DNA of 63,337 nt, filler included, from Bigelowiella natans CCMP2755 (GCA_000320545.1; 6 parts of 6 records of this genome joined end to end with filler, not necessarily neighbours in it), one strand, 5' to 3'. Positions 11,825 through 27,545 are shown, counted from the whole stretch's first letter. Notes: generated by a model from the letters alone, not told the origin. Made by a program: numbers and translations.

Positions 11825-13154
11825 CTAGACAAATCTCGTCACTTGCTCGCTGTTGCTGCGATGCGGGCTAGCGGGTCACACCGCGCGGTGCGGTGGGTTG
11901 GCTAGTTGCTAGTTGGTGGGACGATCAGACTGCACAAGATGACTAGACGACAGCTGAAACCACAGACACATGCACGCACACACACACACAACACACACAC
12001 ACACCACACATCACAATGCTTGACTAGACAAGTTTGGAAATCTCGCCTCGCTTGCGCTTGCTGCTGCTCTGGTGCTGTTGCGACACCGCGGGCTAGCTAG
12101 CTAGCGAGCCACGCATTGCTTGAATTTGTGCGGTGAAGCTTCTGCATTGGTGTTTGCTGCGACTAGGCGAGGCAGGATGGCGTTTGAGGGCCGTGTGTTG
12201 CACTGTAGCACGGGCAGCTGCGATGAGTCAGCGCAGCTCCACTTCAGCTGCACCACCCACCAGCTAGCCAGCCCAGATGAGATCATTGCTGGATTGGATT
12301 GGAATCTGTTGCACTGCCCCCCCACATTCCAGCATTGCTAGATTGCTGCTGGTTCGTTCACCAGACTTGTTCGTTCATCAATCCAGCAGCAATGCCAAAC
12401 GAATGACCTCCAAACAAAGAAAGTTTGTCGATCATCTGCTGCAGCTGACATCTGGACGTGCAAGTGCGCAGTGGGAGCCTGCTAGCTAGCTAGCCTGGCC
12501 TGGAAGCCTGAAAACCGTGGGCTCTGCCTGTGAATCTTGCCAGCTTGCTCTCTGCACACGCAGCACCGTGCCAGCGTGCCAGCGCGTGTCCACCGTGCAG
12601 TGGGTCTGCTGGGTCATTGTTCCATTGCACAATTGAACGTGATGACACACGCTAGCACGCCGTGAAGGACAATTTGAGGATGCCCGTGAGCACAAAACAT
12701 GACTGGAGTGGAGGAACAATGAACGATGCAGACAGTTTTCAGCAAAAGATCGTGCGTCTCACTGTCACAAGCCTTGCTAGCTTGTGATCCAATTGAGTTG
12801 CCACGCACTCGTGTCCATCAAGATCCTCACAGGAGCAAGTTTTGAAACATTGATTGAACATCAAAGATTGAACCTCGCATTAATGCGTCACTTTGTGCAC
12901 GAGCACTTCTTGGGGAACAGGTGTTCACATCGAAGAGGAGGAGAGGACAATTGGGGGAGCACAGGAACAAGTGTTCAAGGCTCACGATTCGAGATTTGTG
13001 CTCATTTCGACATGGGATGCGTTGCCGCATGCCCAGACAACAGATGAAGCTGGAAACATCCAACATTTACATTCCTCTATTTTTGTTATTTTAGACAATA
13101 TTTTTAGCAGAATACATCTAAGGATAAATGCTCAGCATCACATCCCGGGTCGAA

Positions 13155-15337
13155 TGCCTCACGGGTGGATCCATGATCTAACCCTAGGCGCCTTCCCCTT
13201 TCTCTTGCTCCTCGCTCTCGTCAAACTTCCGCACGAGCGCCATGCCAAGCATATTAGCAGCTACACTTCCTCTCCTTCGAAGGTTCGTCAGAGCAAAAGG
13301 GGAAAAGGGGGTAGAGTTTTATCTTATCGCCTAGCTCCATCGCCAGGACAAAGTCAGCGCTTGGTACGGCTGAGAGGAGGCTCCAACGGGAATAGAGGCC
13401 ACAGCGGATTAGGGAACGTGTACCGTGTGATTGATGCTAGCGATGATGGCTTTCCCAAGGGCTTCGATGATGATTGGAAGATCAACCTACGGAACGCTCC
13501 ACGTACTGACTAACCATGAGATGCCATCGTTGCCTTCTTTTTTCCAGCCGATCATGATGATACATATTGTGTATTTTGTATGCATCGATCATTATTTGTT
13601 TGATATTTTGACTCTGTACATCCCTACCCTTTCACAGATGTGTACGTGCGCTCAATAATGGGCAACGACATCGGCAACGAATGGGGAGATCAGGTGGACT
13701 CAATCTTCATGTTTTCCTCCATAAGCACTACACTGTTTTGTATGTTCTGATTCGTGCCGTGCATAACTCCATCTATGTTTCGAAAGGATGGACCAGTGCG
13801 TGAGGCGAGAATCATGGATCCTAGGTCTTTTGATTGCCCGAAAGAATTAGTGCATGTATGCGACATTCTGCGTCCAACAGCATTGCTTGGTTCAGGATGT
13901 ACTCGCATGAATTCATGCTTAACTGTGCGTGTATTCTAATTACCAAAAAATATTTCCTTCCACTGTCCTCTGTTGCCGATTTTGATACCTTTGTTGCCTG
14001 CTCTGGCCTTCTTCCATCATGAAAGAGCGCTTCAAATACATCGCGCCACGGGAGAACTATATTTCTCCGACAGGTAGTAGTATTAGCAGCACTTGGAGTG
14101 AGGCAGTGGTCAGTCTTTGGAGAGATATTCGTTATATCTACCTTGATCATATGATAGTGCGTGGATATATGTGTTTGTGTGTGTGATTGTGTGTGATCAA
14201 TGGCATCCAGTGCGTGCAATGCTGCAGCACCACTATATATTCCATATTGCTACTCACATGCACGCATGCATCAACGCACGTCGAAACGCCCTATACAGAG
14301 AGAATCATCGGATACGAAAGATTGACAATAATGGAGTCCTTCACACTGGTTCGTCATTGTTTTGTGCTAACCTCTACGCGTGATAGATCCGTCTTCTCTG
14401 TGCATTTACAAACCATTGCGAAGAGACTGAGTCTTGTCGTTGTCGCTGTCCTATTATGCTCTCTCTCTCTCTCTGTTTCTTTTGTTTTGGGGGGGGGGGT
14501 AGTTGCAGGAGATGGTGATATCGGACTCCTCGATGGTCCTTCATCGCAAGCAAAGTTCTGGTGGGTTGCGGAAAGGGCAGGAAGCTTTGAGCTAATGATG
14601 ATAGCACTTTGCATTGTTATCTAGTGATGCCAAGAGGCTCGATCAAAAGCTTTTTATGCTGTCTACTTGCAGATTTGTCTTTTTCCTCCTTCCCCTCCTC
14701 CTCCTTCTCCCCCCGTCTATTCCAACCTTTTGCCTGCTTGAAAGTGATATTCATGACCGATAATTTGTCTCTCTTGGCTGATAAAAATGATATCAATGAA
14801 TTCTTCCTGCCCCTCCTTCCGCTGCTTTTGGCAACACAATACACAGGTTTCCGATGGGCATAAGTTTTGACAGAGAAGGCAATCTCTTCGTGTGCGACTC
14901 CCTCAATCATAGGTAGAGGAGGGATAGAGAAGAAGAAGAGAAGGAGGAGGAGGAGGAGGAGAGGAAACAGTCGTGGAAGAATAGAAATGGCGGAGAAGTT
15001 GGAGTAGCAGTGCTATTAACACCATAGCAACCTACTGTGATGATGATTTATGGAAGAGCTTCTTCTTCTTCTTCTTCTTCTCATTTTCATTCCGTTGAAG
15101 TTAGTATCTTCTCTTCCAGAATACGTCGAATCTCGGTGTCAGGGGAAGTTACGACATTTGCTGGTAAGAATAACTTCCACCACACGTACTAGTTTGAATT
15201 TCTCTCTCCCTCTCCCTCTCTCTCTCTTTCACGCAGACACAAACACACACACGCACACACACACACACACACATCGAAGTAAAGACAATTCTAAAATGCC
15301 TCAACTAAGTGCCATATATAAAAATATGACTTTATCT

Positions 15338-15370
<33 letters not shown>

Positions 15371-16172
15371 TGTATGCGCGTGTGTGTATATGTCTCATCC
15401 TGTGAATGACGGTTATTGCTGATGATTAAATTTTCTTATTCTTCTTCTCCTCCTCCATCCTCCTCCTTCTGTTCCACCTCCCTCCCTCTTCTTTCTTCTT
15501 TGAACAGGGGGTGGAGTGGTGACAACGGTCTGGGGCAAACACATGGAGGTCGCTCACGGTCAGTAATAAGTACTAAAAGGGGTTGTAGGGTCATCATCCT
15601 CTTCTTTCATAGCAAAAACAACGATGATGCAGATTCGTTTGGCCGCAGCACCAATTGCGTTTTTCCCCATTCCTTTCCTTGCTCTCCTTCATTCACGCCG
15701 ATATGACCTGAATTATGTGAGTGTGATGATCAATGCTAGAGGGCTTCTGGGATGGCAGCCTTACGACCGCAAAGTTTATGGGGCCAAACGGAGTCCTTGT
15801 TGATGAAAGAAGGGGTATTCTCTTCTCCTCAGCACAACCATGCACACACACACACACACTTGCCTCCCACTAATCCATGTACACTTGCTCGTTCAATAAA
15901 GCTTCTAAAAAGGGAATATGTAGGGATATAACTCGCATCACCATCATCATCATCATCATCGTCATCATCGTCATCATCATCATCATATGGTCATCATTAT
16001 TTATCATCACTTCATCCATCATCGTCATCACAGGCACCATCTTCATCGCTGATTCGAACAATTTTCGCATCCGTCGCATTGAAGCCAACTCCACTGACGT
16101 CACTACCCTGGCCGGCAGATGTTAATTTATGAACTATTAAAATACACATGCACACACACACACACACACATT

Positions 16173-16208
<36 letters not shown>

Positions 16209-16534
16209 ATATTAGCATATTAAAAGTACGTGATAGAGGGAAGTATATGATATAATGACAATTCGAGAAGGAATAAGTAAAGAGAGAGAGAAGGGGGAGA
16301 GAGAGAGAGAGAGAAAGAGAGAGAAAGTTGTTCTATCTAGGGGTATGATGATGGCGTCGATGATGATTGGAGGTTTGTTTTTTTTGCCGCTCGTCTCATC
16401 TAGCTTGGCAAGGATCTGAGGACGGTGATAACGATGATGATGATGATGACGATGATTAATCTAACACACATACACACACACACACACACACATACAGCAG
16501 CCTTGCAATTGCAATACTGTGTGAGGCCTCTAAA

Positions 16535-16570
<36 letters not shown>

Positions 16571-17179
16571 TATATCATATTTATATAATATTTGTATCAC
16601 ATTTATATAATACTTATATCATATTTATATAATATTTTTATAATATTTATATCATATTCATGCAATATTTATATAATATTTATTATAATATTTACACAGC
16701 AATGAAAATACTGCTCCTAGAGCTCGTAGATGATATTTTTGTACGGTGCTGATTTATGGTCTTATGCTAATGCTCTTCTGTATCTGTAACTTCGCCATCA
16801 TCATCATCTTCTTTTTCTTCTTCGTCTCACACTCCCTCCCTCACCCCCTCACCAGGCAAAGGAACTCGCGCGCTGTTTTGGAATCCTGAGGGCATGGTTG
16901 TGGACTCAAAAGGCGACCTATTTGTCAGCGATCCTTACGGGTAAGTAACTATTCGCAATACTAGCAACAATAATGCCAATACGAATTAGAGGGGCTTGTC
17001 CATACATGCTGCACTGCATGCCTCTTGCTGCTGCATCGGCACACGACGATGACGATGATGGCAATGATGCCAATCGTCGATAACGAGCTCTCCACCGTTC
17101 AGATTCTACACCCATGATAAGCACCGGATCCGTCAGATTCGGCCAAACGGGGAAGTAACGACGTTTGTAGGTACATCAC

Positions 17180-17222
<43 letters not shown>

Positions 17223-17320
17223 TACGATTCTATAATGAATCTGCAGAGTGAACACGAATTATGATTATCTACTTTCTGAGGTGTTGTTGAAAGCCGCGAC
17301 GCCAATCGCCTTTTGCCGTC

Positions 17321-17354
<34 letters not shown>

Positions 17355-17877
17355 GATTCCGTCAGGCAGCATTAAAAGCTACGGGGAGAGAGATGGAGTG
17401 GGCACGTACGCCAAGTAAGTAGGAGAACATCACCATAGCCAAACACAAACACAAAGCTTTCGCACAAATGATGAGAAACGCCGCGGGACTCAGCCTGTGT
17501 GTGTGTGTGTGTGTGTCGTCAAACAAAAAAATTGAACATGTTAGGGTTTTCGGCGCTGTAGAGTAGTCGGAAAGAACCGTCTCAACGTCGGCGTCAATAA
17601 CATAACGAATCTATAGCCTTCGCAATGCAATATGTTATTGGGGGAATGGAAGCTACATCATATAGTGCTTGTTGTTGTTGTTGTTGTTGTTACTGCTCGG
17701 CTCACCTTCCTTCTCCTTCTTCTTATTTCTCGTCTTCTTATTCCTCCCCCTCCTCCCCCTTCCTCCTCCTGCTACTACTACTCCTCCTCATTAGGTTCTG
17801 GGGCATACACCATTTGGCAATTGACGAAAGAGACAATATATACGCCGTGGAAAGGCATACTTCACTAAATAATATAT

Positions 17878-17943
<66 letters not shown>

Positions 17944-18068
17944 TTATATATTTATATATTCCACATATTTAAATTGTACACGTAACAATGAATCTTACAG
18001 AGAAAGAAAGAATTTATATAACGAATATCGTTTTGCATATGCATGTGTATGCATGGGCATACACGCAT

Positions 18069-18103
<35 letters not shown>

Positions 18104-18615
18104 CAAGCACATCTGATATCTGCTGCAATGGTGATGCTTCCCAGGCTGAATTGTCATGTGAGGAGAATCACACCAACAGGTTGCTTGTATGCTTTTCCTA
18201 TGTTACTAATGACAACTGCTGCTGCTGCTGCTGATGATGATGATGATGATTATAGCGACTTCTACTCTCCAATGTCTAAGGATTATTTGATTTCGTGATT
18301 CTTAAACAACTCCAGGGGAAGTGACCACAATGGCAGGGGCATCGACAAGGACAGAGACTTCACACGATGGATTCGCATCAGGTTGATGATACACAGGATT
18401 TTGCCAGAAACACCGGGAGGAGGAGGAGGAGGAGGAGGAGGACCCCAAGGACTTTTTGACAATTGACGTTTTTAAGATCCGTCAGATTTGAGTGGAACAA
18501 AGCTTTTTGGAGAGGGACAGTTTGTCCATCGGAGAACATCCATTTATTCATTACTTGCATGAATGAAAAGATAGACTCCGCCAGCAGCGGCGGCAGCAGC
18601 TAACTGTTAAATCCA

Positions 18616-18651
<36 letters not shown>

Positions 18652-19164
18652 AAGAAACTAGCATCGTCATACTACTTCTTTTGCTTATTTCTTCAGCTGC
18701 TACGTTCAATCTCCCTCACGCAATTGCTGTGAGTTGGGACGCCACTAAGTGCTACGTCGCCGAAGATAAAGCACGGATTCGGTCGTGACAACTCATTTTC
18801 TTACCAATTTACCTTCTACTAGCTGGAATGCTGCAATACCTACACACACTCAGAAATATGCAACAAGTGTTGGAGAGAACTTCGTCTTCTAGACTGCCCT
18901 CTTCTCCGTTGTGGAAGAAGAGGCCACGATCTTTGTTTTTGAAATTAGACTTCGCCTAGATTACATCCCTTGCTTTTTTGTATGCGCCTATGCTATTTTC
19001 TTGAAGCAGAAATCATGTCCTTCGCCCCCTCTCTTTTGCCATTTTCCTCTTCTTCTTCTTCTTCTTCTAATTTTAATTCTAATTCTAATTCTCCTCACCA
19101 GAGTGATCGAGCCGCTTTTACGACGAGACACGCCCTTTGATACCACCGACCTACGGGTAGTGCT

Positions 19165-19202
<38 letters not shown>

Positions 19203-20026
19203 CAACTACAACAACAACAAAGCTTTTTATTCTTTAATAGCCTCTATTACCTGATTCTCTCTACAGTGTTCAATGTGGTTGGGTTGTTGTCGCCATGACA
19301 CTGCAGGCGTAGTAGTTGCTGCTTCTGCTCTACTTTGAGGCTGCTCAGACTTCTTATTCTTGACAATATACTCATTCTTCTCTGATATTCAGCTAGAGGT
19401 ACTAAACATCACAGTCTCGCGACAAGGGAAAAGCCGTATATACAAAGGTAGGTCCCCCACCTCTCTGCTCTCCGTTGTTGCTGCACGATGATGAAATGTG
19501 ACAGTGGTTCTCCCATTCGCGTTACCGGACTCGTTTTGAGGAATTGTGTTTACTTTTTTGGCTCACCAAAATTACTTTACGCTGTTTGCTTCATCAGCAG
19601 TTATTAGCTTGTCTCTAGCACAAATGCTGCTATTTAGACTAGAAGTTACCTTTGACTGCATTTGTTATAAAATAGCAAACTTGGCCAAGGGCAATCGTCC
19701 ATACGACACCGAGGCTGCTACGCGTCCAGCACGTGGTAGTTGTCGCAACTACTGATGTTGCCCTAGAATAATGTGCATGCTATTGCTATTATTTCTACTG
19801 ACATCTGGTGCTACACAATCAGTTATTTCACTATCCTTTGCTCCCCGTGCTACTGATTTACAACGATCGTCTCGAAATACTTTTTTTTTAAGGCACCGGG
19901 GACCAAACTAGCTTCTCACGTGGACGAGGTACTGGCAGAAGAGGTGGGAGGGGCAGAAGAGGAGCAGGCGGGAAGCGAGGGGCTAGCGGGGTTGGGAACA
20001 GCGACAGTGATGATGTTAGCGATTAA
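13155..20026 (+). CDS. NHL-repeat (beta-propeller) protein with N-terminal hydrophobic/LRGG presequence and RGG-rich tail; many short exons
   Basis: Small exons encode NHL motifs: DGPVREARIMDP, ENHRIRKIDNNGVLHT, DGSLTTAKFMGPNGVLVD, GTIFIADSNNFRIRRI, ALFWNPEGMVVDSKGDLFVSD, ATFNLPHAIAVS. The last exon (19893-20026) reads GRGTGRRGGRGRRGAGG...SD*. Confidence 0.8.
16560..16695. repeat. AT-rich intronic minisatellite (about 11-12-bp units such as ATATTTATATA/C)
   Basis: Repeated atatttatataat / atatttatatcat units inside an NHL-gene intron. Confidence 0.7.
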
Positions 20027-20057
20027 CATTTCAGACAGATGCGGACGCAGAGTCATA

Positions 20058-20232
20058 CCAAAAACACGCGATAATGGACAAAATATGATGATGCAAATGC
20101 TTTGCGCTCGCACGATGCATGCTTGCTTGCTGTCTAGCTGTGGACCAAAAACACGGATAATGGACAGAATATGATGTTGCAAATGCTTTGCGCTCGCAAG
20201 ATGCATGCTTGCTTGCTGTCTAGCTGTGGACC
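20058..20232. repeat. Two-copy tandem duplication of about 87 bp
   Basis: ccaaaaacacg(c)gataatggaca..atatgatg.tgcaaatgctttgcgctcgca.gatgcatgcttgcttgctgtctagctgtgga occurs at 20058 and 20145. Confidence 0.9.
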
Positions 20233-21006
20233 GTCACTCATTCGCGAACAACATTCATCATGTGTGTTTTCATATGTGTTTGCTGTTGCATGGCTTCATC
20301 ATGGCACATGCTAGCATAGCACCTACATGATTTGTCATGGATGGCGTTGCGTTGTGCATGTGTGTATGTGCAAAATTCCTCCATCACGTACATGATTCAA
20401 CAGAGATGCTACTAGATTGCATTTAAGTGCATGTATAATGTGCTTGGACGTGCATGTCTAGATGTAGACAGCCTTCATTGCATAGCAACACTAAATTAAA
20501 GGATGCCGTGATGTACGTACGTGATCCTGCCAGAACATACAAGCACCATACGGTACATAAACAACATAAGCGCTGTAGCCGCTGCTCTGCATAGCTACAT
20601 GAGGGTGACCATTGAAAAAATTTAATCGTTTCATTGCATCCGTCTCATAAACCGCAACAAGCCTGGTTTTATTTACATTTTATTAGCTCTTAAAGTGGAC
20701 AACGACTAAGCGTCTATGTAAATTGTAAGGGTACATAAATTCTTCCAATGCAACTTGCTTATCTGTAGTGTTGGCTTTGCTACTGAACAAGAGAGAAAGA
20801 TCTTAGTTGAATAGTAAAATAGTTTAAAAAAAGTTATCTTGTGAAACATAACATGCGCGGTGTCCTTCATGTGGGCAAGCACCGAGGGCAATAATATCCG
20901 ATTAGAATTTAGCTCATCTTTCTTTCCCATCAAACGACTTCTTGCGCGGTTGCTCCAAACATCTATAATTTCTCTAGCCCTCTATCTTATATTGATCTCA
21001 TTCCTT

Positions 21007-23353
<2,347 letters not shown>

Positions 23354-25784
23354 CTAAGACTGAAGATTGAATTTTTGTTGGCGGCGCTATGGGTAGGTAG
23401 AAGTGCCCGGCCACCTACTAAACGTGGCCAGAATTTTACTGCGTTATTTCCAATGTGGCGAACGCTGGATACTCTTTCCCAGCCAAAAGTAAACTACAGA
23501 AAAGCCCCTTCTCCAAACTAGTGTGCACGTTGAAGTGCTTTGTTTCCTCAACGCAAGCGGGGCGTGGGTTGGGTGTACTTCATGTAACTTGAAATCAGAC
23601 TTGGTACACTTTTTTTTTCAGACTTAACATGTTCGAGAGAGAGCAACAGATTATTCAACAAAATCGATATGAAACCCAATTTAGGTAATGATCCAATAAA
23701 AAATGACCAATTCTGAATGATATTTACCGAAGGAAAAAAACCCATTCGCATAGTCAATGGATTGATAGCTGTTAGATTATCGATGGGTCATAGTTTGTCT
23801 CAATGCACAAATCCAAGCTGAAGATAGTAAAAAATAGCATGTATTTCAGCAAAACCTTGCATCCGAATCGTGTCCGAGTGTGCGGGAACTATAAGTTTCG
23901 AAAACTCTTCAGCCGTTCGACAGGAGCGTGTGTACCGTGGAGACTCCGCATACAGAGCACAGATTTTGGGAAATTGGCGACGAAATTTTCGAATGAGCTA
24001 AAAATGTCCGAGGAAAAAACACGGAGGAGAAGGACGGTGGGCTGACCTGCAAAACTACCTTTTTGTGCTCGATCTTTAACTGTGCCGATGAAATCTGAGC
24101 GAGTTTTAGACAAAAACGTATGGCTTTTCCTGAGGGACTCACTCTTCCAGTTGGTCAGCTACCTCCCAGGAAGATGTCGCTTGGGAAGTAAAGACGACAA
24201 ACATTAGGTGAAAATTCCTTAGACTGGAATCGCTCTTCACCCTGACTTCCTCCATGTGAGACAAGATTTGTTCGATGTCGTAATTCTGGACATGGTCACT
24301 CCAACGATGCTCCACAGCCCAACTCTGGTTTTGGAAATGTAGTTCATCATCATTGTTCATTGTTCATTGGTCTCTGTCCTGTGACCCTTTCATTCGAATC
24401 AAGCATTGAAAAAGCTTCATTCACTCACTCATTCAAGGTTACAGAGACAATGAACCTGCCATTTGATCTCCAGCTCACTAGCGGTGCAAGTGTGCATCCA
24501 TCGAAGTGTTGAAGCGAACTTGAGTCAACCATGTTCTGTTCTCACGAACCACAAACCAATTGATCAATCCTCGTCCGGCGTTCGTGATCAAAGCTTCAAT
24601 CACTGCTCGCATCCCATTGTGCATGACCAAGCTGTGGGAATTGATTTTCTGCATTGAGACTGAACGCGATGATTGTTGAGGTTGCTGCTGTTGATGGGTT
24701 GTTGTTCACTTCACGTTTGTGTTTGGTTACGGGCATACGGGTGGCGATCAATCAAGAAGAAAAGCAAGTGAAGTGTTGTTGTGAAGGAAGCCGGACACGG
24801 CGAAGTGTAAATAAATGCAACTGTGCGGCATGTTGCCGGTGATTCTGAGACCTCTGGTGCAGTTGGATGTCCCTTCTTGATCGATGTGAAGCGTCAGTGT
24901 GCGCACGCACTCCAGCACTGCCAGACTGCTTGCGGCTCGTTCGATGCATCGACCTTCGCCGCCCAGCGCGCAGCGGCTGCCATGAGCATGCATGTGATGC
25001 AGGGCGCGCAAATCAGCAAACAAGCGAGCACACACTGTCACAACGTGCATCGTGCGGAGATGTGCACAAGTCAACTAGCTGCTAGTTGCTAGATTTTGGC
25101 ACCACACACACATCACGCTATCACGCTAGCACGTGCTGTAGCTCATTGTGACATGCTAGCATGGCGATGCGTATTGATCAGCATCTGCTACACTTGCTAG
25201 CTCATTGACCAAAGTGCATGGCTAGATGGGACGGCTTTCTTGCTCGTCGTGCGCTCAGTTGTGATGTGCGCGTGGCTCGCATGGCATTCAACTATGCTGA
25301 TGATGCACATGCATGCGCCACCCACTTTCTAAGCTACATCGCATCGATGATACACAAATTAGCCGGAAAGTATACGAGCGTGTTAGCTAGTTGTTAGATG
25401 CATGCACATCACGTACAAATGAGGAGGACAAGCATGATGACAGAGCACACACACGTGCACGATGCAGCACGAAATGAAGAGCCATACACGTCGCATGCTG
25501 ACGCATGCTATATACGATGCGCATCGCAGCAAATTATTGTGCCTAATGCCCTTCGAGATAGCAACCTACAATGATTTCGTGGGCGTTAGAATTATCAACA
25601 ACTATGTCTGACTTCCTTCATCTGCTCATCCGCTGTAATCAAAAGCAAAGATTTGTTTGGGAGCTAAAAGTCCAGAGCTACAGAGAGCGGGAAGCGGCCA
25701 CTTTGATATGTAAATTGTATTTTAGTTTATGGGGTCCACTTTGAATCAATTTCCCATCGAATTCCTTCTATGTCACCCGGAACT

Positions 25785-26893
25785 TTAGTTGTAGTACAAT
25801 TCCAAGTTCATATTGTCGTGCACCTCATAATCCATTAGGCGGATGTGGTCTTTGTAGATAGTGTACCACTTTTGAATGCGGAGTTTTTCTGGTTTAGTGC
25901 CAAGCTGAGCGGCTGCAAGCAGCTTCACATCGCCTACCGTATCATCAGCATTGCACTTTACACGCACTTTCTTCCCCAACCTGTCGTTGAGCGTTATTTC
26001 TATCATTTCGTTGCTGTTGTAAGGGTTCACTTCTTCGTGTAACAGAGAGGACTCTGCAACCGCTTCTTTCTTCTTCTCTCCAAGATTATCTTTATACTTG
26101 CGGTGATCAGCCTCCTCTTGCTCCGTTTTCTTGAACCACTTCCACATCCGCTTCATTTGCCTCTTCTTCTTCTCGCGCACACGTTTCTGTCATAATTTTA
26201 ATCGGCATCAACGTGCAACTCATTTTCGTTTGTGTCATCGTCTCCACTTTTTCTCCTCTCTTTGTTTCCGTTTTATTTGTGTAAATAGTTAAGTTTCTAC
26301 ACATCTTAAGAGATACCGCATATTATTATCTTATCACAGTATTCACGCTTTAACAAGAGTAGAACTATTCACTACAAAAACCTCTTCAGCTTCGCGATCG
26401 GCCGTGTCAGCACCCTCTTCGCCTTTGTCGCGCCTCTCATTACTCTTATCTTTATCTCCATAGTCTTCTCGCTCTCTTCGCCTTCTTCTCCTTCGACGAT
26501 CTCGGTCATCACGATCATCATCGTCATCTCGTTTGCTTCGACGATCTCTATCTCTCCTCCTCTCTCGCTCTCTTTCGTGGCTTCGGCTCCGGCTGCGACT
26601 CCTATTCCTGCGACGTCCTCTATCTCGCTCGCTGCTGCTGCGGCGACGGCGGCGGCGGTCGCGGTCTCTATCACGACTGTCGTCCCTAAGTACGCAAAAG
26701 GTTAGTAAATTGCGCATAGCAGTGGAGGCCGAGAGCGAGAGTCCAGCCCCGTCCAACCCAGCCTTTCTTTGATGGCAAAAATGAATTTATACTTATTCGA
26801 CCTGTCACGACGTTTTGATTTCTTTTTCTTGGAACGCTTCGGAGAGGAGGGGGGAGGCTCCTCGGCCGCAGAGTTGCCGCTATCGTCCGCCAT
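25785..26893 (-). CDS. UBL5: Hub1/UBL5 ubiquitin-like domain at the C-terminus of a 265-aa RS/RD-rich protein (3 exons)
   Basis: The last 73 aa, [26 protein letters not shown]...[13 protein letters not shown], are canonical Hub1. Exons 26893-26802, 26685-26382 and 26186-25785 join in frame through GT-AG introns. Confidence 0.9.
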
Positions 26894-27545
26894 GTTCTGG
26901 TGGTCCGGCTGTTGCGAGTTTTGGCAGGGAAATCGCCCTTTCGCGTTTGTCGCAACGTCAAGTTGCGGGACGGCCAACGTAGACCAAATTCATCCGATAT
27001 TACCCGGATAGAATGCAGGAGGATTCGATGATGAGACGAGCGAATATCAGCCAAAATGCTACAAAAAACGGAAGGAGGCGCACAGACGGCGTATCCCAGG
27101 CTGCAAAAGTCGAAGGAGCACGGACGCGCGCAGACGCTGCTGCTTCCACGTCTCCCTCCCCTATTAAGCTCTCCCGAATCTCCGAACCGAATCGAAGGAA
27201 AAGGTAGCCGAATAGGAGGGCAGATAGGTTTCATCATAACGGGGGGAACATCACAGTAAAGCCGTACACGTGGGGGGGTTGGCGGAGGGGTGCATAAACT
27301 TTGATTCGCGTCGGCAAGAGCTGCTTGCTGCTGCTACTGCGCGCCAAGCTCAGGAAGTGGTGGTGCCGAATCGCATCATCGCAATTGCGCTCTAAGGAAA
27401 CACACATAATAGGGGAGACACGCCTCTCTGATTTGAAGGATTCTTTCGAGGAAGATAGATGCAGACATACTTGGATTTGTGCTTGCACCGTGACACACCT
27501 ACGAGGACCAATTCCTAACAACCTTCAATTAACCTATTCGCTTAG

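Noticed and set aside
11821-13060. CpG-methylation decay or fungal-type RIP as the cause of CA/TG richness
   Set aside because: CpG is plentiful (e.g. ccgcgcgg) and TpA is lost rather than gained, the opposite of what these processes produce.
23550-24660. Possible spliced minus-strand gene or pseudogene running into the island
   Set aside because: There are some splice-like sites and short ORFs, but no consistent frame or recognisable domain could be assembled.
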